64,000 bases of DNA. It comes from Armatimonadota bacterium (lineage in GTDB: Bacteria; Armatimonadota; Fimbriimonadia; Fimbriimonadales; Fimbriimonadaceae). Below, in pieces: positions 18,720 through 28,483 of this stretch (position 1 is the first letter of the stretch; each line of letters opens with the position of its first letter). Made by a program: the position numbers and the translations under genes. The stretch spans positions 62,001-126,000 of the forward strand of contig JANNQV010000018.1 of assembly GCA_031400935.1 (NCBI GenBank), given 5' to 3'. The notes below the pieces were generated by a model that did not search any database, was not told the DNA's origin, and saw only the letters and a list, made by a program, of their open reading frames with translations.

Positions 18720-19003
18720 CCCCTGCCCCCAAAATTCCCATTTCTCCCTTTTCCTGAACTTGGAAGTTCCTCGAAAAGGGAGAAAGGGGTCAGGGGATAG
18801 AGGGTTGCTATCATGTTGGCTGAAGCCTTGGTGTTACGCGAAAGCCCGTTTCTGAACGTAGAAGCCAAACCGTTACATTGAAATTCGGAAACCTTCACGC
18901 ACTGCGGAGCGGATTCTTCGACCTGCCACCTCTCCCTCTCCTGGTGCTCTCGCGATCTTCGATGTCCCTGCAGCGGGAACTTCGACTGGGAGAAGGGGTT
19001 CCT
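18712..19003. repeat. CCCTC...GAGGG REP-like palindromes (family B) between the binding-protein and permease genes
   Basis: accctcaccccctgccccc...ttctcccttttc...gaaaagggagaaaggggtcaggggatagagggt. Similar elements at 47226-47287 and 62214-62286. Confidence 0.6.
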
Positions 19004-19017
19004 GAATCCAAAACAAT

Positions 19018-20322
19018 TCACCGCTTCCCCAACTCCACTCGAATTTCTTCTGCCGCCTTTCTCAATGCAACCGATGGCTTAACGCCATTTTTCATAACCG
19101 AATCCATCATTTTCTGCCCAATTTCCTCAACCAAATCGTAGCCGACAATTTTCGCACCCCATGGCCCACGTGCATTGGGAACAATGTCAATAAACGACTT
19201 TTCCAGCGGGTCAATCGCTCGTTCTTGGCTGACATCTTTGCGAGCGCAGATCGCGATTCCCGTGGCGTTGTACCGCTTTTGAACCTCATAAGAAGTCATG
19301 AATTTGATGAATTTCCAGGCAGCTTCTGGGTTCTTGCAGTACTTGCCAATCGCAAATCCGCTTTCGTACATTACGGTTTGAGATCTTCCGTTTTCACTTG
19401 GCATTGGGACAACGCCGAGGCGATCCATCTGAATATTCTTCTGCGCTTTCAATCCAACCATAGCCCAGTGCCCGCTCACTTGCATTGCGGCTGTGCCATT
19501 TGCAAATGGGTCAACCCCTTGTGCTGCTGTCGCGCTGAGAGAGGGCGAAACTTGGTGCTTAGTTATCAAATCCCGGAGCCAGGTTACGGTATCGATATTT
19601 TGGGGAGAATCTAGAACGACGGTGGGTGACGGGGGTGAACTGGGTGAATTTGATGATGGGTCACCCAGTTCACCCCCATCACCCCTATCACCCATGTCAA
19701 AAACGTCTCCTCCCGAATTCCATAGCCACATGATCCAGCCTGGCATCCAAGTTGTGAATACAAACCCATGCTTTCCGTCCTTCGTAAGTGCTCTTGCAGT
19801 TTGCAGAAACTCGGCACGGTTCCAATTCGGGTTCGGATAGGCAACTTCAGCTTCATCAAATAGTTGTTTGTTGTAATAGACAACCATTGGAGTGAAGTCG
19901 CCAGGAATAGCATAAAGCGCCTCCCCGCGTCGGGCAATATCCAGAACATTGGGATAGTAATCGTCGAGCTTGAATTCCCTATCAGACTCAATGTACGGGG
20001 TTAGGTCTCGAAGAACGTTGTTCTCGATGAAGACTGCAGAGGAGCTTGCGTCGAGGGTAATGATGTCTGGCGCAGAATGAGCGACATGGCTCAAAAGCAC
20101 TTTGCTAACGTATTCTTGCGAACCTGGAATCCCCTCCACTTGAATCTTGATTCCGGGGTTTTCCGCTTCAAATTCTTCGTACAGTTTTCGGACAAGGGTA
20201 TAAAATTCTCCGTCGTCCCCCGCCCCTCCCCAGTTGGCGACACGCAATACGACACCCTTTTCCGGCGCAACCGAACCGCATCCGTAAAGGATCAGGCTAG
20301 CCAGGAGTAACGCTTTGCGCAT
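19018..20322 (-). CDS. Sugar ABC transporter substrate-binding lipoprotein
   Basis: Lipobox LYGC, APDII, LYAIP, VYYNKQLF, FANGTAAMQVSGHW; carries a 25-aa repeat-derived insert. Confidence 0.92.
   Translation of the reverse strand: MRKALLLASLILYGCGSVAPEKGVVLRVANWGGAGDDGEFYTLVRKLYEEFEAENPGIKIQVEGIPGSQEYVSKVLLSHVAHSAPDIITLDASSSAVFIENNVLRDLTPYIESDREFKLDDYYPNVLDIARRGEALYAIPGDFTPMVVYYNKQLFDEAEVAYPNPNWNRAEFLQTARALTKDGKHGFVFTTWMPGWIMWLWNSGGDVFDMGDRGDGGELGDPSSNSPSSPPSPTVVLDSPQNIDTVTWLRDLITKHQVSPSLSATAAQGVDPFANGTAAMQVSGHWAMVGLKAQKNIQMDRLGVVPMPSENGRSQTVMYESGFAIGKYCKNPEAAWKFIKFMTSYEVQKRYNATGIAICARKDVSQERAIDPLEKSFIDIVPNARGPWGAKIVGYDLVEEIGQKMMDSVMKNGVKPSVALRKAAEEIRVELGKR
19621..19695. repeat. Palindromic 9-mer repeat inserted in-frame in the binding-protein gene
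   Basis: Arms 19624-19647 and 19661-19684 are 23/24 reverse-complementary; encodes MGDRGDGGELGDPSSNSPSSPPSPT. Confidence 0.8.
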
Positions 20323-20398
20323 GTTCCTAGTTTAGATTGAAACTTTGTCGGTAAACACAGTTGGATCTACAAAACATGCAATTGCCACATAATGAACA

Positions 20399-21076
20399 GT
20401 GGAAGAGCCAATCGCTGAAGGAAGTGTGTTTCGCTTGAATAGCACTTGGACTATCGCTTTCAGATGGGGATTCATTGAGTTGCTCAGTGCAATCATAGGT
20501 ACCGCTATTTATGAATCAGCATCGCTACTTCAAAGCACTGTCGACAGCAGAGATCACGGCTTGTTCCTTTTTCATAGTGAAGCTGGGCTCCTGTTGAGGG
20601 GAGTAGTGACAACAGTTGTTATCGCAATCCTCTCAGGGCGCATCATTCAGTTTCAAATCAATGAGTTTGACAAGAGGCGATGGCTCATTTACATTCTCAT
20701 TGCTGAATTACTAGTTACGAGTACTAGTATTTTGGAAATCGACTTTCAAATCGATATTGTCCTAAGGGCTGTACTTAGTTTCTCAGTCTTTTTTGTTCCA
20801 GTAAGCCAGTGGCTTTGCCTTCGTCAGCACCTCAAAAATTGCTTATCATGGATTTTCGTGCCATTTGTATATGGTTTTGTCTTGGCATCTCCATTTTTCA
20901 TATATGCGAGTTATTCGGGCGCAATGCCATCAAGACCATGGCTGGTTTCTTTTTCAATTCTGATTAGCCCTATACTTGGAATCCTCAGTGGTCTTCTTTT
21001 CATCTACTTGCTGTATCGAAACGGCATCGAAATCAAAAGACCACAAAGTTTCCGGGAATGGATTCGGCCGACCTAG
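20399..21076 (+). CDS. Hypothetical multi-TM membrane protein
   Basis: About 6 hydrophobic segments; QWLCLR motif. Confidence 0.65.
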   Translation: MEEPIAEGSVFRLNSTWTIAFRWGFIELLSAIIGTAIYESASLLQSTVDSRDHGLFLFHSEAGLLLRGVVTTVVIAILSGRIIQFQINEFDKRRWLIYILIAELLVTSTSILEIDFQIDIVLRAVLSFSVFFVPVSQWLCLRQHLKNCLSWIFVPFVYGFVLASPFFIYASYSGAMPSRPWLVSFSILISPILGILSGLLFIYLLYRNGIEIKRPQSFREWIRPT

Positions 21077-22146
21077 CTGCTCGTCCCCGCAGAAATTGGC
21101 TCTGGCACTATCGTCTGAATACTAATCTGCTGTGCCAATGCACCTGCAAGCTGGTGGAATCGTTCAGCTTGAATCCGGTCAGGAAATGCTACCAATGCTG
21201 GTTTGCCCAAATCCCCTGCTTCGCTCACTTTTGGATCTAGCGGAATGCTTCCTAGATACGGAATCTTGTATTGCAACGCAAGCTCTTCTCCAGTCATTCC
21301 AGAAAAAATTTCACTCACCGTCCCGCAAGTTGGACAGGCGAATCCCGCCATATTTTCAATCACGCCAATGATCGGGGCGTTCAATCTACGAAACAGAAGA
21401 ACCGATTTTCCAGCAATGTTTGCGGCGACGTGGTGGGGTGTTGTCACAATCACAACGCCACTCAGAGGAACTAGCTGAGCCAGCGACATTGGAGCATCGC
21501 CTGTACCAGGCGGAAGGTCTACCAATAGATAGTCAAGCTCGCCCCAATCCACATCTGCCAAGAGCTGCTTCACTGTTGCTGCTACCATCGGCCCACGCCA
21601 AAGTACGGCTTGCCCTTCTTCCAAAAGGAACCCAAGAGACATCATTTTGATGCCATACCGCTCGATCGGAACGATTTTCTCACCGTTCGTGAAAGGGCGT
21701 TCGTCGCAACCCATCATTAGCGGGATACTAGGTCCATATACGTCGCCGTCCATGAGGCCGACCTTTGCGCCTTGCTGAGCCAACGCAATTGCCAAATTAA
21801 CCGCCACGGTGCTCTTGCCAACTCCGCCTTTTCCAGACGCGATGGCGATGCAGTGCTTGACGGTTGGAATTAGGTCTTCCTTTTCAGTTGATCTAGCGCG
21901 AACCCGCGAAGTCATTTCAATTTCTACCGATTCGACGCCGTGGATCGCCAGAACACACCCCTCAGCCTGCGCCTTCAAGAGGTCTTTCACTGGGCAAGCT
22001 GGAGTCGTCAGTTCAATAGAGAAAGCAACTTTCCCGCCGTCAATTGCGATGTCCTTGACGAAACCGAGCGTTACAATGTCCCTGTGAAGATCGGGGTCTT
22101 GAACTTGCCTTAGTGCTTCGAGAACTTGCTCGCCAGTTACTGACAT
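21073..22146 (-). CDS. mrp: Mrp/ApbC Fe-S cluster carrier ATPase
   Basis: TTPACP, SGKGGVGKST, DVYGPSIP, WRGPM, DLPPGTGD, CPTC. Confidence 0.95.
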   Translation of the reverse strand: MSVTGEQVLEALRQVQDPDLHRDIVTLGFVKDIAIDGGKVAFSIELTTPACPVKDLLKAQAEGCVLAIHGVESVEIEMTSRVRARSTEKEDLIPTVKHCIAIASGKGGVGKSTVAVNLAIALAQQGAKVGLMDGDVYGPSIPLMMGCDERPFTNGEKIVPIERYGIKMMSLGFLLEEGQAVLWRGPMVAATVKQLLADVDWGELDYLLVDLPPGTGDAPMSLAQLVPLSGVVIVTTPHHVAANIAGKSVLLFRRLNAPIIGVIENMAGFACPTCGTVSEIFSGMTGEELALQYKIPYLGSIPLDPKVSEAGDLGKPALVAFPDRIQAERFHQLAGALAQQISIQTIVPEPISAGTSS

Positions 22147-22208
22147 TTGAACCTGATTCTACCAGTTTTCATTCGGCGCTATACCTTTTTCACAACTTTC
22201 AGATATAA

Positions 22209-23045
22209 TTGAAATATATGAAAACAATAGCCCGTGCTAATTTCCCGGTTTCCAGGGCAGCATCGGTTGGAGGAAGGCCGTTTGAGTTTGCATTCCTCTC
22301 TGTATTGCTTCTCTATGCAAGGCTGGTGCTGTACTTGTGCCAAGCTTCGGGCAACTCGAACTCCAAAATTGGTGAATCGTGGCTCGAATTTGTTGGCTCA
22401 GGATTCCTCCTTTCTGCAAACTGGGAAAGTGGACTCGGGGTCGGAATACTCACCACAATTTTAAGCTGGCTCGGTTTTGGATTAGTCCAAAAGCGAATTG
22501 CAGACTGCAGATGGCATCCACTCTGGGCTTTGTTGTTCTTCGTTCCATACGCGAACGTAGTGTTTTGGGGGTTACTTTGCACGCTTCAAAAACCTGTGAA
22601 CTCGAAAGCTGAATCTACTCAATCAGGACAAAGGTTGCTCTGCGATTTTCCGGTTTGGACAGCATTTATTGCAGCAATTGTTGGAACTGTTGTCGCAATG
22701 GGGCTGACTCCACTCAGTTTCTTTTCCGATCAACCGGAGCATTTCTTCTGGGAAACTTCGGCTTTCGGCCTCTTGGTCTATTCGACAGTTGCGGCTAGCT
22801 TCTTCGTGTCCATCATCTGTTCCGCACGAACAACAATGGGGATAGATGATTGTTTTCAAATTGGAATCCTTGCTACGACCTTCGCTGCGACAGGGCTAGG
22901 AATTGTAGGAATCGGGGAACCTTGGGCATTCTTCCTAGTTCCGGTTTTGGCAGTTCCATCTCTATTTGGAACGTTGTTGGGACAATTGTTTGCTGACATG
23001 ATTCAGCGCGGTGTATTGGCAGTTTTGTTTGAATGGCTGGCGTAA
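22209..23045 (+). CDS. Hypothetical membrane protein (DUF805-like N-terminal part)
   Basis: KRIADCRW...LFFVPYAN resembles the DUF805 RRLHD..P..N pattern; multiple TM. Confidence 0.55.
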   Translation: MKYMKTIARANFPVSRAASVGGRPFEFAFLSVLLLYARLVLYLCQASGNSNSKIGESWLEFVGSGFLLSANWESGLGVGILTTILSWLGFGLVQKRIADCRWHPLWALLFFVPYANVVFWGLLCTLQKPVNSKAESTQSGQRLLCDFPVWTAFIAAIVGTVVAMGLTPLSFFSDQPEHFFWETSAFGLLVYSTVAASFFVSIICSARTTMGIDDCFQIGILATTFAATGLGIVGIGEPWAFFLVPVLAVPSLFGTLLGQLFADMIQRGVLAVLFEWLA

Positions 23046-23241
23046 ATCTCTTGGGGTACTTTGGGACACCTGCGAAAAGTACACACAATTTGGCGCTATT
23101 GACCGATAGATCACACTGGATTACCCAAGGGAAACTACCTTTTTTAAGTCGTCATTTTACGGGGGACTCCACTGGGTATTTAGACCTATACAAAAAAAAA
23201 AATGTTAATGCAATTACTTGAAATCGCTGTAGAATGCAATC

Positions 23242-23622
23242 ATGAAGATGAATAGATTATTCTTAAAAATCATTTGTTCAATGACAATTGGTGGTTGCTT
23301 GGGTCTAGTTACTGCATCCTATGCATCTATCGAGAATCACACTAACGAGGATGTTGGATGTAAATTTACTGGGTGCTACATCTGTGAACCCAATGGGTGC
23401 ACCTTAGGGCCAGGTGAATGGCTTGGGGACATATTGAGCCAAGGTTGGGTCTTGAGGTGCGTCGAGTATGACGGGATTCCTCCCGCACATTGCGCGAACG
23501 TCTATAGAACGGAGTACGACGTCCTGCCTGACCATGGAACCTGCTATATGACGGATTGCGCAAACGGTACTGCAACGTCAACTGTTTGCGATAACCCTTG
23601 GATTCGTGAGACGGGGGGTTAA
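23242..23622 (+). CDS. Small secreted Cys-rich protein
   Basis: Signal peptide, 11 Cys in 126 aa; TAGAAT 6 nt before the ATG. Confidence 0.65.
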   Translation: MKMNRLFLKIICSMTIGGCLGLVTASYASIENHTNEDVGCKFTGCYICEPNGCTLGPGEWLGDILSQGWVLRCVEYDGIPPAHCANVYRTEYDVLPDHGTCYMTDCANGTATSTVCDNPWIRETGG

Positions 23623-23634
23623 TCCTCACAAACA

Positions 23635-24252
23635 TTGGAGATCAAAATGAAATCAAACGCAAAAACAACTATTTTGGCTATCGTATTGCCTTGTGCCGTA
23701 AGTTGGTTCTTGTTCCATTCTGTGCTTACAGGAACTGCTTCAACGTGGCTTGGTAAACATCGGTTCGCTGGGGGAAAGGAAGGCGCAATCGAACAGACTC
23801 AAGCTGCCTTAGCCGCATACCGGAACTCAAATTGGAATTGGGATGCAGTTCCTGCTGACCTGAAGGAACTGACTGATGTTGCAATCGCAAAACAAACGCT
23901 TCCTAAGAACACGCCACTTCGCTCATTTGTCATTGGCGGATTTCCGACTGAGGACGAGATCGCATTTTACAGCGTTTTCTATGTAAAGAGAAAGCTAACT
24001 GTGATTAAGGGCATTGAGGGGAAAACGACAACGAGCGGCTTCTATATTGTCGCATATCGAAATGGCATTGTTACCGCCGTGCCAGCCGATCAAGCAAGAA
24101 TCTTGTGGTTCCGGGGCCCCAAAGAAGTTTTTGGATTGAATGTATTTCCCGGTATGCGCGACTATGGCCGTTCATATCCTCTTGGCACTAACCCTCCTGA
24201 CGATCTGATCCCAGATGCTCCTGCACGCCTAATGCGGCTTGGGGCTGGTTAG
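23635..24252 (+). CDS. Hypothetical membrane-anchored protein
   Basis: N-terminal TM; GGAG RBS suggests start at 23647. Confidence 0.6.
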   Translation: MEIKMKSNAKTTILAIVLPCAVSWFLFHSVLTGTASTWLGKHRFAGGKEGAIEQTQAALAAYRNSNWNWDAVPADLKELTDVAIAKQTLPKNTPLRSFVIGGFPTEDEIAFYSVFYVKRKLTVIKGIEGKTTTSGFYIVAYRNGIVTAVPADQARILWFRGPKEVFGLNVFPGMRDYGRSYPLGTNPPDDLIPDAPARLMRLGAG

Positions 24253-24270
24253 TAACTTTGCTTAGTAAAG

Positions 24271-24310
24271 AAATGCCTCCCAAATGGAATTTGCCAATTG
24301 GGAGGCGTTT
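24271..24310. terminator. Bidirectional terminator hairpin between convergent genes
   Basis: AAATGCCTCCCAA...TTGGGAGGCGTTT. Confidence 0.65.
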
Positions 24311-24312
24311 GT

Positions 24313-24885
24313 CTACCCTAACGCCACCTGCAAATCTTTCTTTAGCAGCGCTCTCGCCCGGAACAGCCAGCTCTTAATCGTGCCTTCTGGCTTGTGCAAT
24401 GCCTCTGCGATCTCGATTACGTCCATGTGCTTGAAGTGCCGCATCATGATGATTTGGCGGTATCGCATTGGCAACTTGTTCACCGCCGAATGCACAACGG
24501 CTGAATCGTAGCTCTCTTCAGCATGAGCTTCGAGGTCTTGCGATTCGTCCTTCAGCGCGTATTCGTGCTGATCGAGCGAACTTACGTCCTTCTTACGATT
24601 TCGAACAGCATCCACGCAGCAATTCGAACAAATTCGGCAAAGCCATGGCCGAAGCGGCCGATCTGGCTGAAAATCCTTGATCGCTCGAAATGCCTTCAAG
24701 AATGTTTCTTGAACGATGTCATTTGCATCTTCTGCATTTCGAAGCATACGCATCGCTTGTGCAAAGAGCGATGAACGGTGCATGTCTGCAAGCAATTCAA
24801 AAGCCACGGTCTCTCCAGAGATCGCTCTTTTTACAAGATGCGATTCCCAGCTAACGATTTTATTGTCCAAATTTTGTGCTGTCAT
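24313..24885 (-). CDS. ECF sigma-70 factor
   Basis: DANDIVQETFLKAF, PWLCRI..N, region 4 EIAEALHKPEGTIKSWLFRAR. Confidence 0.92.
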   Translation of the reverse strand: MTAQNLDNKIVSWESHLVKRAISGETVAFELLADMHRSSLFAQAMRMLRNAEDANDIVQETFLKAFRAIKDFQPDRPLRPWLCRICSNCCVDAVRNRKKDVSSLDQHEYALKDESQDLEAHAEESYDSAVVHSAVNKLPMRYRQIIMMRHFKHMDVIEIAEALHKPEGTIKSWLFRARALLKKDLQVALG

Positions 24886-25085
24886 TGTTTCCCTCGAACA
24901 GCATGATTATAGGACATTGTCGAGGCGGATTTGTTGAAATAGGACTTTTTCCCTAGTTCAAAACTTCAATTTTATTGAAGTTGTGGTTCGTTTTTCGTTC
25001 GTTTTTGCCATTCAGCTTCCGATTAACTGAACCTAACTGCTATTATTTTGGATAAGCAACAGACATTCAAGTTCAAATCGCTTTG

Positions 25086-25595
25086 CTACCGATCCAAGCG
25101 ATACTTCTCAATAATCTCAAACGCCAAGCTCGAATCTTGCCAACCAACAACTTCAACCGACTTCTCTTCGAGCGTTTTGTAAACTTCAAAAAAGTGAATC
25201 AGCTCTTTCAGCGTATGTTCTTGCATGTCGTTCAGCGATTTTCGAAACGAGTACCTCGGATCCTTTGTTGCTACGCAGAGAATTTTCTCGTCCGGTCCTT
25301 TTTCATCGCGCATTTCGAGCACGCCAATCGCCTTTGCTTCGACCACGCAGCCTGGGAAAGTAGGGTGGCTGATGAGAACTAAGACATCAATCGGGTCGCC
25401 ATCTAAGTACTTCGTTTGCGGAATGAACCCATAATCAAAAGGATAGAAGAGGGGAGAATACAAAACCCTATCAAGCATCATGACGCCCGTCGCGGCGTCC
25501 ATTTCGTATTTGTTGGTGCTACCTTTCGGGATTTCGATGATCGTGTTGAACTCGTGAGGCGCACGCTCGCCGATGGGTACGTTGAGAAGGGACAT
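25086..25595 (-). CDS. ppa: Inorganic pyrophosphatase (family I)
   Basis: KYE, YPFDYGFIPQT, DGDPIDVL, DEK, FFEVYK. Confidence 0.96.
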   Translation of the reverse strand: MSLLNVPIGERAPHEFNTIIEIPKGSTNKYEMDAATGVMMLDRVLYSPLFYPFDYGFIPQTKYLDGDPIDVLVLISHPTFPGCVVEAKAIGVLEMRDEKGPDEKILCVATKDPRYSFRKSLNDMQEHTLKELIHFFEVYKTLEEKSVEVVGWQDSSLAFEIIEKYRLDR

Positions 25596-25624
25596 CTAAG
25601 GAATATGGTACCGGGAGACGCGCA

Positions 25625-25770
25625 TTTTGGATTTTGGATTGCGGAATCAGTGTACGGTCAGAAGTGAGAATGCTAGCAAGAATGTGCCATCGGGCCAGCC
25701 TCTCGTTAACCGCAATGTTGCAATCCAAAATTTCAATGTCTCAAATCCACAATCGGCAATCCAAAATTCC
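25625..25770. repeat. Heptamer repeats TTTTGGA / TCCAAAA in inverted arrangement
   Basis: attttggattttggattg ... caatccaaaatttcaatgtctcaaatccacaatcggcaatccaaaat; also at 51241-51258. Confidence 0.6.
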
Positions 25771-25773
25771 CGT

Positions 25774-27747
25774 CTAGTCCTTCTTCTCCTCCAACGCCTT
25801 GATCATCTCTGGAGTCGCTTTCGCAAGCAGAGTCGCGTATTCGGGGGCGATTTTGTCGTATTCGCGCATCAAAGTTTCTTGGTTTCTCTGTAGCTGACGG
25901 CCGAACGCCTCTAGCTCAATATGCCCATTCTCTAATCGGCGGCAAAGCAGATCGCGCCGGGCGTTGATTTCGGCATCTACTTCTGCAGTTTCGCTCGCGG
26001 TCAGCTCAATGGCTCCCGATTCCCAAAACTGCAATTCGAGGCTCCTCACCCATACCATCAGGGATTCGGTTAGCTCCTTATTGCGAACAACCATTCCCCG
26101 CAGTACGGTTTCGTTCACGTCAGCGGCAGTACGGATTCCTCGGTCAATCAGGTTGTCAATTGATTCACGGTAGCCTGGAGGCACATCTGCGATGGCGATG
26201 GAGTAGCGAGAGAGGTAGCTGCGGAGTTCGGGCTCGTGGTGCTTTCTCATGGCCTTCATTCGAAGGTTCTCACGGTTGATTTCCAGTATGGAGATATCTG
26301 TCATAGAGTTCAAGATTTCTTCTCGCTTTTGCGCGAAGAGGGAGAGATCGGCAGTGCGGTTCCATGAGTCCATGAGGGCTTCAAATCCTCCTTTGAGCTT
26401 TGGAAGCTTGGAAGGCATGGACCGAAGCCAACTGAGGAAACTAGGCACGATGAAGAATACTACGGGATGAAAGAAACTGTTCGTTCTTCCAAAATTTACC
26501 GCCAATAAATATATTGTTCCAGAGCCTAGCGTGAAAATGAGAGCTGTGATCACAATGTTTCCCAGCACTGTAAATCGCAACCAATCCCACCAACTCATCG
26601 CTACTGGCTCTTTCAACGAACTCTCCACTGACGGTAACGCTTCCATCAGAACAGGTTCTGGAATTGCCTCCAATGCCTCCTTCACTTTCGCGTAGTCCGG
26701 CAACTCTCTCTGCTCGACAACTACACTCTCCGAAGCAAACAAGGAAACATTCCATCGTTCCTCGAACTTGCACCACGGGCATCCTTCGGTATCCTTATGA
26801 TGTTGGTGCGCTGTTGATTGCGGACAAGTGACTAAATCGGATTCCAAGGAAAGGAGTTGTTGGTGCCAATCTTCTGCCGATGGGCGTTCATTTCCTGGCA
26901 CAAACGCCCGAACAAACATCTGCTGAATCGAATCTGGCAGGTAGGAAATATCCACATGCCTCGGCGGTTCGAGCGGACAGTCTCGATCATCGCCATACGC
27001 ATACCAGCCGTTCGCAATCGCCGTTTCGAGCTCAATATCATTCTCGTCCTTGCGTCTTCCTGCAAACGGATGCCTACCAAAGACCAGCGTTTGAAAGATT
27101 AGTATGCCTAATGAAAAACGGTCTTCAATCTCGGTTCGAATTACCCCTTCTAATGATTTGTTCTGCAGTTCGGGAGCAGTGAGTTCTGCCTTGCCGACAT
27201 TTGGCGGCAAAATGCCTTCATCAGTCGCAATCTGGAAGCTGTCCACATCAATCAGCCGCACTTTTGCGCCCGGAGTTACCAGCACATTGCTCTCGTTCAA
27301 ATCGCCGATCACCAGACCTGCAGAATGGACGTTGTGAACGCATGCCGCCAAGTTCCTCGCAACCCGAACCAAAAAGCCGAAATCCCGACCTTTCAACTGC
27401 TTTTGTCGGCTCTTCAATTGGTATGCGGTGAAAAGAGGCTGAAAGCCTTGCAAATGCTCCATAAGGAAACCGCAGATGTTCCCGTTTTCGTCGAATAGCA
27501 AGTCCATGGGCCAAGCCGAAACTTCGCTTGCAAAGTCCGGCCGCACTTCAATCAGCTTCTTCAGCTTGATGCCTTTGATCCGCTTTTCTTCGGCTGTAGT
27601 GGATGGCTTGTAGAGCTTAGCGACAAGAGTCTGGTCGCCACCAACGTGATAAACCGAGCCTTCCCCTCCCGAAGCCACCCTTGAATGAAGCTCTATGAGC
27701 CTCCCATCGCTCGTTTTGCAGATTCCGTGGGTGGTGTCAATGCTCAT
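25774..27747 (-). CDS. YegI-like Ser/Thr protein kinase (TerY-P triad)
   Basis: GGEGSVY, VAKLY, GDLNESNVLV, IDVDSF, APEL, GRHPF, CPWC, 2 TM, C-terminal coiled region. Confidence 0.88.
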   Translation of the reverse strand: MSIDTTHGICKTSDGRLIELHSRVASGGEGSVYHVGGDQTLVAKLYKPSTTAEEKRIKGIKLKKLIEVRPDFASEVSAWPMDLLFDENGNICGFLMEHLQGFQPLFTAYQLKSRQKQLKGRDFGFLVRVARNLAACVHNVHSAGLVIGDLNESNVLVTPGAKVRLIDVDSFQIATDEGILPPNVGKAELTAPELQNKSLEGVIRTEIEDRFSLGILIFQTLVFGRHPFAGRRKDENDIELETAIANGWYAYGDDRDCPLEPPRHVDISYLPDSIQQMFVRAFVPGNERPSAEDWHQQLLSLESDLVTCPQSTAHQHHKDTEGCPWCKFEERWNVSLFASESVVVEQRELPDYAKVKEALEAIPEPVLMEALPSVESSLKEPVAMSWWDWLRFTVLGNIVITALIFTLGSGTIYLLAVNFGRTNSFFHPVVFFIVPSFLSWLRSMPSKLPKLKGGFEALMDSWNRTADLSLFAQKREEILNSMTDISILEINRENLRMKAMRKHHEPELRSYLSRYSIAIADVPPGYRESIDNLIDRGIRTAADVNETVLRGMVVRNKELTESLMVWVRSLELQFWESGAIELTASETAEVDAEINARRDLLCRRLENGHIELEAFGRQLQRNQETLMREYDKIAPEYATLLAKATPEMIKALEEKKD

Positions 27748-28480
27748 GTCGCCGCGCTACAAGAATCGAAGTATCGTCATCAGTCCGATTTACTACGCCA
27801 GGTGAACGAAGGAGATTACTTAGCCATGCACCCATTTCCTTGTCTTCGCCTGATGAATCAGGATTAAATCGTTCGGAAACCGAATGGAAAAATTGCAAAT
27901 GGGGCTCCTTTGATTTTGCATCGAGTACCAAGTGCTGCAAGCCATCGCTGAACATAACTAGCTCATCGATGGGAGGCAATCCTACTTGAATCTGAACCGA
28001 ATCCAACGCATTTGCCGAAGTCACAAAGTGCGTCGTGTTCACAAATTCTGTCTCGGCAGGCCAAACGGGAATCGTCCAATCCTCGCCTCGGCGGACAACC
28101 GCAGCCCCATCGCCAATTTGCGAAATGTGCGTGGCGTCTGGTTCACAAATGACTCCAACTAGAGTGCTAGCAAGATCAGAATGATTGCAATTCAGGTCAT
28201 TTGAAAGCCGCCGCACATCGTTTACAACTAGCCCGAAAATTTCCAAAAAACAATGGGAATCAATCGCGTGATCTTTGTTTGAATGGGAGGTAGCCAATCG
28301 AACAAACGACATACAAGCCGCTCGCGCACCGATCCCGCCGCCCTTTGTCGAACCAGCACCATCAGCCAAAACGGCGATAAGCACTCCGTTTGACGTCGCG
28401 CATATTGCAAAATCCTGGCACTCTTCATCGGCAGTATGGACCGCACCCTTCGCTGTAGACCATGCATACGCCCAGCCCAT
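27737..28480 (-). CDS. YegK-like PP2C phosphatase (TerY-P triad)
   Basis: G..H...CQD, ADGAGS, IGDG, SDGL, DDTS. Confidence 0.88.
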   Translation of the reverse strand: MGWAYAWSTAKGAVHTADEECQDFAICATSNGVLIAVLADGAGSTKGGGIGARAACMSFVRLATSHSNKDHAIDSHCFLEIFGLVVNDVRRLSNDLNCNHSDLASTLVGVICEPDATHISQIGDGAAVVRRGEDWTIPVWPAETEFVNTTHFVTSANALDSVQIQVGLPPIDELVMFSDGLQHLVLDAKSKEPHLQFFHSVSERFNPDSSGEDKEMGAWLSNLLRSPGVVNRTDDDTSILVARRHEH

Positions 28481-28483
28481 TTT

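Noticed and set aside
18716..19021. 101-aa ORF inside the ABC operon spacer
   Set aside because: Translates palindromic repeats; not protein-like.
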